The position numbers and the translations under genes were made by a program. Under the pieces are notes generated by a model. That model was not told the origin of the DNA and searched no databases. It was given only the letters and a program-made list of their open reading frames with translations. Positions 14,430 through 26,486 of a stretch of DNA of 64,000 bases are shown here, piece by piece. The number at the start of each line of letters is the position of its first letter. Position 1 is the first letter of the stretch. Source of the DNA: Eledone cirrhosa (lineage: Eukaryota); assembly GCA_964016885.1 (NCBI GenBank), contig OZ024743.1, forward strand, positions 16,120,001-16,184,000, given 5' to 3'.

Positions 14430-15090
14430 AAGGTTAAGGACAAAGGTATACAGGATACTCTGCCAAATGCTTTCAATAGATCAACAAAAGCTACAGAACT
14501 TACACTTAGCTAAGAACTTCTCTTCTAGTTGTCTCAGTGTGAGTGGCCATCTGTAGTACTACCTCCCAAACCCAAAACTTAACTGCATCATATCTAATTT
14601 AATTTTTTGCTTAATTAGTTCTGGTAGAACTTTTTTTTAATTATTTTCATAACTTAGTTCATTAGTTTTATTCCCCTGTAGTTAGTCCTTTTTAGCGCAT
14701 CATCTTTTCCTTTGTAACAATAAATGAGTATACTGCTGTGTTAGTCATTGGTTAAGACCTCATCCTTTATTACTTGATTTACTATACAGGGGACTAGTTC
14801 AAATATTTCCCCATATATTTTTAGCATCTCAGTGACTATATCAGAATGTCCAGCAGCTTTTCCATTTTTCATTTCCTTGATTGCTTCTTTGGCCCTTTGT
14901 CAATTTTGTTAGCTGGTCCCTCTGTTAGGACAGTTGGGGGTAGTCTTTCTTCCTCCCACTTATTCTCCATATTCATCAATCAGCCACACTTAATAACATT
15001 TCCAGGCCTCTTTCCTTTGAATATCAGTAATGCTTACTAAACCAGAGTCATTTTGAACATAATTTTTCCCCACCTAACAATATCATGTTT
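14430..15090 (-). mobile_element. Old RTE LINE remnant
   Basis: KEAWKCY...MNMENKWEEERLP...EGPANKIDK...EAIKEMKNGKAAGHSDIVTEMLK (pre-RT region of RTE). Confidence 0.65.
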
Positions 15091-15145
15091 CGCACTAATA
15101 AACTGCCTTGTTGATTATAAAGAATATATGCCTCTGATGTTCATG

Positions 15146-15278
<133 letters not shown>

Positions 15279-15985
15279 AGCAAATGAAGAAGTGTAAATC
15301 AAAATAGGGCACATGCCATATTTTGATGATAGGAAAGTGAAACTAGTCATGGAATGAGAATGATATTGAAGATTCTGTTGTGATGGTCAGATAGGTTTGA
15401 CATAGAAGACATTGGTCAAGGTACACAATGTTAATAAGTGTATTTATATATTATATTATTGTTGGAAAAAACAGTAAAAAAAGTGGATGATGGAAGGAAT
15501 AGGGGTATAATTACAAAACTTCATCACTCGGTTTTATACTATTATTTCAATGCTATAATATATAAATACACTCATGCTATTAACTTTATTTTGGGTTTTC
15601 ATCCACCTCAATACGGCAACATGACTTAATTACCCTATCCTATCCTAAAACACTTTCTCATTTGTAAAATACACCATTATTTCATTGCTTTTTCAACTTT
15701 ATCACTTTAATCTTATTTGTTCCTTCACCAATGTCATTTAGGTTAACCCTATTTGACCATCACAACAAAATCATCACCCATATCCTTCCCATTCAATCAC
15801 TGGTTTCACTTTCCTATAAACAAATGACATTTGCTCTATTTTAATTTACACCACTTCATTTGTTTTACACTCTTACATTACTCTACACACAGACCTCATC
15901 CCTCCTACTATCTCTCTTTCTCTCTCCCTCACCATATATGTGGGACTTCTGTTTAAAAAAAACACCTTATTTTCTTTTATATATA

Positions 15986-16613
15986 TCTATCTATCTATAT
16001 ATATATAAAACTGAGGATGTCTGTCCGTGTGTCTGTGTGTGTGTCTGTGAGTTTGAATCCCTAAAACTCGAGAAGTATCCAACCGATTTTTTTAAATCTT
16101 TACATGTGTATTACTTATGTTTCATTGAGTGTTATGCACATGAAACATTCAACCGCATTAGGTGAAAAACTGCGTTTTTTTTTAGCTTTTTAGGTTTTCG
16201 TTTTGAGGCGTTACGTCAGACTGATTTCCTTGAAATATGTATTAGTGAGTCTCTTCTTCATACCATGAGCAAAGAAAATCTAACTTTTTATGGCGTAAGG
16301 CCCGCATTAGGTGAAACACTTCATTTTTTTCAGCTTTTTGGGGCTTTTTTGAGGCGTTACGTCTAGTCGATTTTCAAGGCATAATATGCACATAAAAAAA
16401 ATTCATTTTCTTGATCCCCTAGGTGAAAACCTGCATTTTTCCTGCTTCATCAAGGAAAATCTTAAAGATTATCCAACCATTATTATCCAACCAGAGTATT
16501 TGGTTTATTTTCTTTACATATTGCCCAGTAATGCAGTTTTTCCATGATTAGGTCTGTTGGCGGCCCGCGTTCCAAAATACCTTATCCCGTGCAATGCCAG
16601 CTACCATTGATAG
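15986..16613 (+). mobile_element. Non-autonomous Helitron (decayed)
   Basis: 5' TCTATCTATATATATAAAA plus (GT)-rich CCAACCGATTT block; 3' CCCGTGCAATGCCAGCTACCATTGATAG|T resembles hairpin+CTAG end; internal repeats CCGCATTAGGTGAAA...GAGGCGTTACGTC. Confidence 0.6.
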
Positions 16614-16639
16614 TACATTATAAAACTCTTTTTTTAAAT

Positions 16640-16947
16640 GAAAAATACAACTGGAGTCTTTTAAAAATATTTATTTATTTACTTTAGCGGCTTCACAGTT
16701 CTTATGATTTTCAAAAGTAAAATAGAGATGGAGGCTTTGTGTTTCTGTTGTAGTTTGTCTCGCAGAGACAAAATAAATACCTAGTCACTGAAGAGGTCAC
16801 AGAATGTGTGACGAAAGAGCTTTGACAATATGCCAAAAAAAACATCCGGTTATTGAACCAACCAACCAGCCAGCCAACCAGAAATTTATAATAAGTTAAA
16901 GTAAAAGCCTACAGGGCATGTGTTTTTATTGGCAGCATGAACCTGTA
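16640..16947. mobile_element. Two fused PLE UTR fragments with HHR motifs: 16681-16718 (-, U3-A8 variant, decayed) and 16784-16826 (+)
   Basis: GTCA-CTGAAGA-G-GTCACA GAATG TGTGAC-GAAA-GAGC-TT-TGAC; homologous to 48289-48450 and 52405-52575; left part homologous to 48875-48990. Confidence 0.75.
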
Positions 16948-17035
16948 AATGTATAAATATATATATATATATATATATAGATACGTTATATATATGGCAA
17001 TTGTCAAACTGGTATGTGGTGTTATGATAATGATG

Positions 17036-17077
<42 letters not shown>

Positions 17078-17079
<2 letters not shown>

Positions 17080-17425
17080 GGCACATGGCTTAGTGGTTAG
17101 AGCATTGGCCTTGCAATCGAAAGGTTGTGAGTTCAATTCTCAGACCGGGTGATGTGTTGTTTCCTTGAGCAAGACGCTTTATTTCACATTGCTCCAGTTT
17201 ACTCAGCTGTAGAAATGAGATGATAGGGACTGGGGTCCCTATTATTCCACTGCAAAGTGGTCGTGGAGGTGACACGGCAAAAAAGCACCCAACCCTCACT
17301 GTAAATGAGGTTGGTGTTAGGAAGGGCATCCAGCTGTAGAAATCAAGCCAGAATCAGTTCCCGTCCCACCCTTGCAAGCAGGGAAAAGTGGACGTAAAAT
17401 GAAATGATAATGAAATGATGATGAT
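17078..17425 (+). mobile_element. Full-length tRNA-derived SINE with RTE-derived 3' tail
   Basis: A box TGGCTTAGTGG, B box GAGTTCAATTC, central TCCTTGAGCAAGACGCTTTATTTCACATTGCTCCAG, RTE 3' UTR and (GAT)-like tail. Confidence 0.9.
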
Positions 17426-17550
17426 ATATATATATATGGCCACAGTCAAAGCTTCGATTTTACTAAGCTTCCACTTGTATATATATATACATTATATATA
17501 TATATATATACAAGTGGAAGCTTAGTAAAATCGAAGCTTTGACTGTGGCC

Positions 17551-17586
<36 letters not shown>

Positions 17587-17629
17587 ATGTGTGTGTGTGT
17601 ATATACATCATTATCATAACACCACATAC

Positions 17630-17813
17630 CAGTTTGACAATTGCCACAGAATGTGAGAAAGTTCTGCAGAAAATTAACAAGGACATAAAGTTCTCCAAGT
17701 CTACAAGGCCTTACCAGAACTGATACCAATAACTTACTGTAAAGATTTGAATTATTAAAGAAAACCTGCCACCAGTGAAGCCAATCTTCTCTTTTTTCAT
17801 TGTACCAAAGAAC
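17630..17813 (-). CDS. Candidate host exon (184 nt, phase 0-1)
   Basis: aataag|GTT ... ACT G|gtatgt; VLWYNEKREDWLHWWQVFFNNSNLYSKLLVSVLVRPCRLGELYVLVNFLQNFLTFCGNCQT, open throughout. Confidence 0.55.
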
Positions 17814-17991
17814 CTTATTTCATATATATATATATATGTATGACATACATATATATATATATATATGTATAGATATACATGTGTATATACATATGTACAT
17901 GTGTCTGTATGTACGTGTGCAAAGCATAATTTATTGTTATAATCTATCTATGTATTTGCTTTGTTGCTGCTTTCTATGTGAGCCTGTTTAT

Positions 17992-18050
<59 letters not shown>

Positions 18051-18059
18051 ATCGGTATT

Positions 18060-18235
18060 AGTAGTAGTGGTGGTGGTGGTGGTGGTGATGGTGGCAGTGG
18101 TGTTGATTGTGGTGGCAGTTGCGGTGGTGGCAGTGGTGGTGGTGGTTGTGGTAGTAGCAGCAGCGGAAATAGCAGTAGTAGCAACAACAGCAGCAGCAGT
18201 AGCAGTAGCAGCAGCAGTAGTAGTAGTAGTAGAAA

Positions 18236-18274
<39 letters not shown>

Positions 18275-18440
18275 GTGTAGTACTGTTGGTGGCATTGGTG
18301 GTAGTTGTGGCAGCAGAAGCAGCAGAAGCAACTACAGCAGCATCAACAGCAGCAGCATCAGCAGCAGTATCAGCATCAGTAATAGTATTAGTAGTAGTAG
18401 TAGTAGTAGTAGTAGTAATTTTTGCTGTAGTAGTAGTAGT
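18060..18440. repeat. Compound trinucleotide microsatellite (GTG/GTA/GCA)n
   Basis: Direct reading; explains poly-V/A and poly-L ORFs. Confidence 0.95.
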
Positions 18441-18806
18441 GTTTGTTAGTTTACATTTCTAGTTGTGGTAATTATTGTTATTGAAAATATTCATTTTATG
18501 AAGTACTTTGTTGTATACTACAATGTAATTATGGTATAATTCTTTGGGGAACTCAAATGTCTACTTTCACAGATTGGAAAAGTCGGTGGAAATTAGGATT
18601 TTATGTTTCTTCTATTTCATAGTTTTTTCTCTTTTATTTTTATTTTTTGTATTATCATAATCAATATCATCATCATCATCATCATCATCATTATCATTAT
18701 TATTATCTTTTTATCATACCCCAACTTAGTCGAATTCCTTTTCCGCCTCTTCATTATTATTATTGTTATTATGACTGTTATTATTATATTCTTTTTTTTT
18801 ACGTAC

Positions 18807-18956
18807 CTGTGTTGCAGGAACTATGCCCATTAAGTCCATACCTATTTTATCAAGTCTCTTCATCAGAATTTTCATGCCTATGCTAATTAAAAGATTTTCA
18901 ACATTACAAATAATTGTTATGGAGTTTGTAGCAGTTTGTGTGATTTTGTTCACTCT
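18807..18956 (-). CDS. Candidate host exon (150 nt, phase 0-0)
   Basis: ttttctttacatag|AGA ... CAG|gtacgt; RVNKITQTATNSITIICNVENLLISIGMKILMKRLDKIGMDLMGIVPATQ. Confidence 0.6.
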
Positions 18957-19126
18957 CTATGTAAAGAAAATAATATTTTTATATAAACTTTTCAGAGAAA
19001 TGTTTCATCACTAACTATAACTAACAACAATAAAGCACAACTACAGCTTGCCAAGTGCAACAGCAAAAACAACACAAAGCATAGTAACACGACTAACAAC
19101 AATTTATTTCTCTAAAAATATTAAAT

Positions 19127-19420
19127 CTTGAGAAATAGATGAGCTTCCTGCACTGGAATACAAAGTTTGGGGTCTTGATCCTGAACAGTAGCAACATCTT
19201 CTAACAAAGATTTGTTTTGACGAAATATTATTTTAGTAAAACTGGTAGAAGGGAACTGAGCAAATAAGTTCATGGTATATACTTTTATACTTTTACAGTT
19301 ATCAAGCATTAGACTGGAGATATAAGGGATCATGCTTGGGGTCATTTGGTCAATTATATCAAACATAGTACTTAAAATATCAACTCTTCTCTGTTGATCC
19401 ACTAAGCTATGGGCCAGAAT
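19127..19420 (-). pseudogene. Candidate host exon with non-canonical splice sites
   Basis: 98 open codons ILAHSLVDQQRRVDILSTMFDIIDQMTPSMIPYISSLMLDNCK...EAHLFLK; acceptor reads tttacaa (not ag), donor AAG|attt. Confidence 0.4.
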
Positions 19421-19537
19421 TTGTAAACATGAAAGCAGACAAACACACATGCCTATATGAATATAATACATATATAGAAAATCAGAATTTCATTTCTCGC
19501 CCTGATACATAAAATATGAGTATGCACACATATACAT

Positions 19538-19616
<79 letters not shown>

Positions 19617-19631
19617 GTGTGTGTATGTATG

Positions 19632-19688
<57 letters not shown>

Positions 19689-19851
19689 TAAATCATGTCC
19701 TTAGAATCATAGATAAAATATATATAGTATTTCCTCCCCCAATTAGCATAATTAACCATATAAAAGATCAATTAGACCAGGCTATAAAAATAAAGGCTCC
19801 TATGGAGAAATATATATAAATACATATAAAAATAATATAACTAACAACATA

Positions 19852-19998
19852 TTACGATTTGAACACATATATGTATATGTCTGTGTTGCTTTTTCTTTTT
19901 TGTTCAGTTATACTATACGGCTCGGAAAAACCTCTTTCCTAGAGCTAATTTACTGTAATGAGACTATTTTGAGTTTCTAACTCAATACATGCCTTTGA
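19852..19998 (+). mobile_element. Older fragment of the 21131-22160 HHR unit family
   Basis: Aligns with 22013-22160 (TTACGATTTGAACACATATATG...ACGGCTCGGAAA...GAGACTATTTTGAGTT...CCTTTGATATA). Confidence 0.8.
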
Positions 19999-20021
19999 TA
20001 TATATATATATATATATATAT

Positions 20022-20856
<835 letters not shown>

Positions 20857-20969
20857 TAGTAAAAAGGAAAAGAAAATGCTGACAAATTTTTCCCAGTGAA
20901 AAATACTTTAATTAGGAATAAGTATAAATTATCAATAAATATTAGTTAGTATTCAACTTTAGTTTTAAG

Positions 20970-21006
20970 TTTTTACCGGTTACGCATTTCTTATGCTTTT
21001 CAAAAA
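20970..21006 (-). ncRNA. U3-A8 variant minimal hammerhead (decayed)
   Basis: TTT-TTGAAAA-GCAT AAGAA ATGC-GTAA-CCGG-TA-AAA. Confidence 0.5.
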
Positions 21007-21046
21007 TAAATTTGAGATAGAGTGCTCGTGATTTTAATGATTTTAA

Positions 21047-21131
<85 letters not shown>

Positions 21132-21288
21132 ATTATAATAGAATATAAAAGAAAAACAAACACAGATATATACATATATGTGTTCAAATCGTAAGGGACC
21201 AGATTCGCTAAGGTGAAAAGAATACTAACTAGAGACAATTGGGTTTGCTTAAGAAAAAAAATACAAACCGGATTTGTGGTAACTACCA

Positions 21289-21366
21289 ATCACCCAGACA
21301 ACTTCGTGTTGTTTCGCAATGTTAATTATGAATAGAATTACCAATTCAAGCTCATCAGTGGGTGAT
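21289..21366 (-). ncRNA. Canonical type I hammerhead ribozyme
   Basis: ATCACCCA-CTGATGA-GC(32 nt)GC-GAAA-CAAC ACGAA GTTG-TC-TGGGTGAT: perfect 8-bp stem I, full stem III, GUC cleavage between 21297 and 21296. Confidence 0.9.
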
Positions 21367-21623
21367 GAATTAATATCCTAGACACTTCTAAATATATTAA
21401 GAAACTGAATAGTGTGCTATATATAATAGCGCACATGGCATCCTAGCGCGTCTCACAAACTTACACCACTAAAAATAGCAGCCAGGTTTATTCGACATTT
21501 GAAATAGCTCAACAAATTAACGGAGACGAATATATCAAAGGTATATATTGAGTTAGGAACTCAAAATAGTCTCTTACAACAAAATAGCTGTAAGAAATAT
21601 TTCCGAGCCGTAAATTATAATAG

Positions 21624-21740
21624 CGGCCTGCCCGCCCAGCGAGCGGGATGGCGTCATCATATGGCTAAAAGATCACGTGCTATGACCAGCGGCGGCGAAT
21701 AGCGCCCGACAGACTGGTCGGTCAAGGTGATCAAGGTGAT
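21624..21740 (+). mobile_element. 117-bp 5'-truncated RTE-like LINE 3' end with 10-bp TSD
   Basis: TSD ATTATAATAG (21614-21623, 21741-21750); reads LPAQRAGWRHHM...*; tandem tail TCAAGGTGA x2; absent from homologous copies at 19852 and 22013. Confidence 0.7.
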
Positions 21741-22157
21741 ATTATAATAGAATATAAAAGAAAAACGAACACAGATATATACATATATGTGTTCAAATCG
21801 TAAGGGACCAGATTCGCTAAGGTGAAAATAATACTAACTATACACAATTGGGTTTAATTGTCTCAATTTAAGAAAAAATCAAGAAAATAAATACAAAACG
21901 GAATTGTGGTAACTACCAATCACCCAGATTTTCTTGATTTTTCCTTAAATTGAGACAAGTAAATCCAATTTTCTATAGTTAGTATTCTTTTCACCTTAGC
22001 GAATCTGGTCCCTTACGATTTGAACACATATATGTATATATCTGTGTTCGTTTTTCTTTTATATTTTATTATAATATACGGCTCGGAAATATCTCTTTCT
22101 TAGAGCTATTTTGTTGTAAGAGACTATTTTGAGTTCCTAACTCAATATATATACCTT

Positions 22158-22217
<60 letters not shown>

Positions 22218-22220
<3 letters not shown>

Positions 22221-23156
22221 AATATGATAATAATGGAGATGCGGCGCTGCAAAAGGGTTACATATGAAAAAGTTTGTCCTCATCAGTGGCCTTCCAACTG
22301 TCGTAGGCATTTCGTCGCATTAAAGGCCATATTTACGTGTCCCAACGACTTTTTTTTAGCCGTTGGGACACGTAAATAGAGGGGACGCTAGGGTAAACAA
22401 ACAAAATGGTTTAAGCAACAGAAAGTGATGAAGAAGAAAGAAACAAGTCCCAGATTTCTATGAATATAAATTCGGTGGAATCGTAAACGAGAGAATAAAG
22501 ACCATCAAACCTGGTTGAAATGTGAGCAAGGAAGGAATTTCGCACAGGTCTAACGGGAGGAAGAAGGGGTCTGGTCTGCGAATTCGGTAAACATAAGTTC
22601 TGTGAAGTCGCAGACGAGAGAGAGAGAAAAAAAATTCATACCGGCTTGGCCAAGTGCCCGCGAGAAAAGGATTACGGACAGGTCAAACGGGAAGAAAGGG
22701 GAGGAGGAGAGGTAGTGACCGAGAGTGAGTGAGTTAAAGGTGAGGAAGAGGCTAACAGAGAGAGAGAGACTGCTAGAAAGGGTAAAGACACAAAGAATGA
22801 AACAGACTGGTGGCAGCGGAAGAAAAAAATATATGTGTAAATATGAGAATAATGGAGCTGCGGCGCTGCAAATGGGTTACATATGAAAAAGTTTGTCCTC
22901 ATCAGTGGCATTTCGTCGTAGGCAACCGTCGTCGGCATTTCGTCGCATTAAAGGCCATATACCTCAGGTTGGTGCGAGCAACAGCTAAAAAAAGTCGTTG
23001 GGACACGTAAATAGAGGGAAGCTAGGGTAAACAAACAAAAAGTTTAAGCAACAGAAAGTGATGAAGAAGAAAGAAACAAGTCCCAGATTTCTATGAATAT
23101 AAATTCGGTGGAATCGTGAACGAGAGAATAAAGACAATCAAACCTGGTTGAAATGT
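22218..23156. repeat. Partial tandem repeat, 619-bp period (copies 22218-22523 and 22837-23156)
   Basis: Both copies start GTAAATATGA.AATAATGGAG and end AAACCTGGTTGAAATGT. Confidence 0.85.
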
Positions 23157-23189
23157 CAGGGAAAAGCGGACGTAAAATGATGATGATAA

Positions 23190-23220
<31 letters not shown>

Positions 23221-23222
<2 letters not shown>

Positions 23223-23413
23223 GAAGGAAGTGTGGTAAGGAACCAGGTGGACCATAACGCACCAGAGTACTCCATACATTGGGTAGTAGAGTGGGTAATA
23301 GGAAAAGGTTCAGGACCCCGATGGCAGAGCTCAAGCCATTTCGACGGTTATTTCAGTCCAGAAATAGCCGTCGAAACGGCTTGAGCTCTGCCGTCGGGGT
23401 CCTGAACCTTTTC
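23221..23413. mobile_element. Second copy of 892-1100 repeat; near-perfect palindrome 23302-23413
   Basis: GAAAAGGTTCAGGACCCCG...TTCGACGGTTATTTC-AGTCCA-GAAATAGCCGTCGAAA...CGGGGTCCTGAACCTTTTC. Confidence 0.75.
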
Positions 23414-24856
23414 TGCGCCGCTGAGTCTCTGGAAATACTCTACGACAAAGACCACATCTTAAACAAAAAATCTGAGGCAATTTCGGCTTGTAAACATAAA
23501 TTGAACAAAACATTCCTGTATTACAGCCCCACTTTATACCCTAACGGATAGTACGAACTATACGCGGATATTTTACGTCTTGATGTGGTAGTTAAGTATA
23601 TGTTATGTTTATACCATTACTTATTTGTATAGGTAAGTATATATTACCTGTATGTTTTGTGAAGGTACGTATACTTCCTCGTACGTATATTTGATTGTAT
23701 GTGTTTTGGCGTATATATTATATATTTTGGTACATATGCTTTTGGTTATGTGTATAAGTGAGTTTTGCGTCTGTCTGAGTATGCGGGTTCGTACATATGT
23801 AGGGTGTGTGTATATGTGTACTTCGTGTTTTGGTTGACATACGTCTCCGAACATATGTGTATTTACATGTAGGTATGTGCGTGCTTGTTATATACGCATT
23901 TATTTATTTATATACGTTTATTTAATTATATGTATACACGCACACACATACATATATATATATATATTAATATATATATTTTTATATATAATTCTATGTG
24001 TATTTGGTATATACATTCGTTTGCGTGCGGGTACAGGCTTTGCGTGGGTTCTGTATGTGCGTGCGGGTTTTTTTTTGTGTGTACGTGCGTGTATTTGTAT
24101 ACCTATGGCGATTGTTTTCGCGTATGCTTGTGTATGTACGTATATGGATGTATTTATTTAATTTCGATTACCTCTGTATTTTATTTACTTTATTCTTAAC
24201 TCTGAAGCCGAGAATCATTCGGTTTCCTAGTTAGAATTTTAGTCTACGACTCCAGTTATACCATTTACGTGGTTTTGTCTATGCGTGCTATTGTTCTCAC
24301 CGTTCGACATATGACGTATTATCTTCGTTTTTTCCGTTCATTGCCAGAGAACATCTCTATGAACCACCTAATAGAATATTAGTCTACGACTTCTTTTATA
24401 CCATAAACGTGGTTTTGTATTTGCGTGTAATTGTTTTTCACCGCTCCAAATAATTGTTTCTACTTTAGGCACAAGGCCAACAATTAACCAGTGCATTACT
24501 GATACATTATTTTATCGGCCTCGCAAGGATGAAAGGCAAATTCAACCTCGACGGGATTTGAACTCACATCGTAAAGGGACTTAACTATGCTGGAAAGCAT
24601 GGCATCCGACCCTCTACCGATACTGCCAATTCACCGCTCCAAACAATGACGTATTATATTCGTTTTTTCCCGTTCTTAGCCAGGGAACGTTACCACGAAC
24701 CAAAGTATCATCTTCCTGTCTTCCTCCGGTTGCAACGGTTTTTGAAATATTCACTTCCGCGTTCACAAATTGACTTTGTTAGTTTCAGATGACCCCGTTA
24801 AAGGTGAAAGCAGCGATTCTTTGCTTAAACTTTATTCTGTTATTTTAATAAACATA

Positions 24857-24860
<4 letters not shown>
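23414..24860 (+). mobile_element. PLE extreme C-terminus plus long 3' UTR with HHR-like motif 24781-24831
   Basis: CAAESLEILYDKDHILNKKSEAISACKH is the PLE GIY-YIG tail; motif AGTTT-CAGATGA-stem II-GAAA-GCA..TGC-TT-AAACT just before (TA)n. Confidence 0.65.
24451..24637 (-). mobile_element. tRNA-derived SINE family 2 (Meta-domain-like core)
   Basis: GCGGTGAATTGGCAGTATCGGTAG...GAGTTCAAATCCCG...GCCTTTCATCCTT..GATAAAAT; flanked by repeat TCACCGCTCCAAA. Confidence 0.85.
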
Positions 24861-24914
<54 letters not shown>

Positions 24915-24918
<4 letters not shown>

Positions 24919-25272
24919 AAAGGTAAACAGAAATAACAACACAATCGGTACAGTATATGGAAGGTATATATTAGGTTAACACTTGATATAGAAGGAAGAG
25001 GGTCTTAACGTTTCGGACGCTAGTCATTCATTAGAAGAAAGAATGAGAAATAAGATAGATTGAGGAGATGGGCGGGATGGAGTTGGAAAAAATGTCTTTA
25101 GATAAAAATAACTGGTCCATTCATGTTGACATCTCTTGCAAAACTGTTGGTGCTGGCGTTTTGTCTATGATTTGTTTTTTAGAAAAGTGGATGATGGCAG
25201 GTGTCTACCTGAAATGGAAAAATAAAACGTTTTGTAAAAAGAGCTATACTTGAGCACATGTGTAAGCATGAG

Positions 25273-25326
<54 letters not shown>

Positions 25327-26093
25327 GTATTATAGGTCCATACGAAGCTAAGAAGAAATGTGCGTGTGTATATGTGAGTAAAAGAGTGTGTGTGCATGTA
25401 CGTACGAAGCTATGAGCAAAAGTATGTTAATATGAGGGTGTGTATCGGCATGTATTGGTAGTAGGAGAAGCTGCTAATGATCAAGAGATGTGATAATGGA
25501 CGGGGTATTCGAGAAATTGGGGAGGTGAGTTGAGTCCAAGAGGCGAATAGGACCCAAGGCGGTGAATCAGATATTGTTCAGTCCTGGTGCCCGAGGCCTG
25601 TGATCCATGATGTAAAAGGACACCCAGAACTGAAACATGTAGGCAAAAATGACCAGGAGAACAGAAATGACGGGCGACAGGAGTATCCAAACTGAGTCGT
25701 ATGTCCCTCAAATGTTCGGCAAAACGGTCCGCCGTACGGCGTCCCGTTCTTCCGATATATAAAGACCCACAAAGGGAACACCGGGCTGTGGTGTGGTCTG
25801 TTTCACGGGTGCGGGTGAGAGAAGCTTGGATCAAGTTGGGGGGATATCCATGCTGGATGAAGCAGGAAGCCCTGCGAAGGGAATGGGTTTCAAAATCGCC
25901 AGAGTTGAAAGACGGAGGAATTGGGAATAGGCTATTGAGTGTTTGGTGTGGGTTGGATGGTAGGAGGTGAAGTCGAGATAAGATTGGGAGTTTGTTGGTT
26001 TAATGTAGATGGAAGTAGAGAGAGATTAGTAGATAGAGAGATATCTAGAAAAGCGACAGAAGAATCAGAGACGGAGGCGGTGAAATTGAGTAT
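24915..26093 (-). mobile_element. Truncated, internally deleted Neptune-type PLE with pLTR; HHR 25003-25038 (core CTAATGA)
   Basis: RCSLCGSLYIGRTGRRTADRFAEHLRDIR...PVARHF; homologous to 52680-54280. Confidence 0.9.
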
Positions 26094-26486
26094 ACACATA
26101 CATACATATGATGGTGATGATAGCAACGCGGTTTCATGTAATGCCATCAATTGATAATTAAACATGGACATGAATTTTTAGATGTGCTAGGGACTTGCCT
26201 CTGGTCAGAAATGCCAAGCATCGCAAAAAGTGTCACATATCAAGCAATACCGGTTCTTGAAGTTCTTTTAAGTGAGAAAAGGCTTTGAATATCAAATGCA
26301 TTTTCCCTATAACCATTCATGAATTGAATTATCCTTTTAGGTATAACATGTGCCCTCAAGTATGCCTAATTTGTTTTGGAACTAACTCCATATTGATCTT
26401 CTCCTTTGGACTGAATGTGCTAATAATATTGGATATAACCACCCATTTTTTCACTATACACACACAGACACACAAATATATATATA

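Larger units (their letters stand above)
21131..22160 (-). mobile_element. Non-coding HHR unit (630-nt period, ~503 without the insert): partial tandem plus inverted arm; retrozyme-like/non-autonomous PLE
   Basis: Direct repeat 21131-21298 / 21740-21928; 21928-22160 is an inverted copy; (TA)n on both sides; no meaningful ORF. Confidence 0.85.

Noticed and set aside
17078-17150. Functional tRNA gene
   Set aside because: tRNA-like head continues into SINE core and tail; no clean cloverleaf
17800-18462. 220-aa hydrophobic poly-Val/Ala ORF
   Set aside because: Compound trinucleotide and (CT)n repeats, no protein signal
21624-21740. HDV-like ribozyme suggested by GGCGAAT and GC-rich stems
   Set aside because: Too little sequence between candidate P2 strands; better explained as a LINE 3' end with TSD
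22218-23158. TG...CA LTR pair (TRIM)
   Set aside because: Terminal CA belongs to the adjacent RTE tail; no PBS or TSD seen
24192-24237. CTGAAG-CCGA..TCGG hairpin resembling an HHR
   Set aside because: TTTC in place of GAAA and incomplete core
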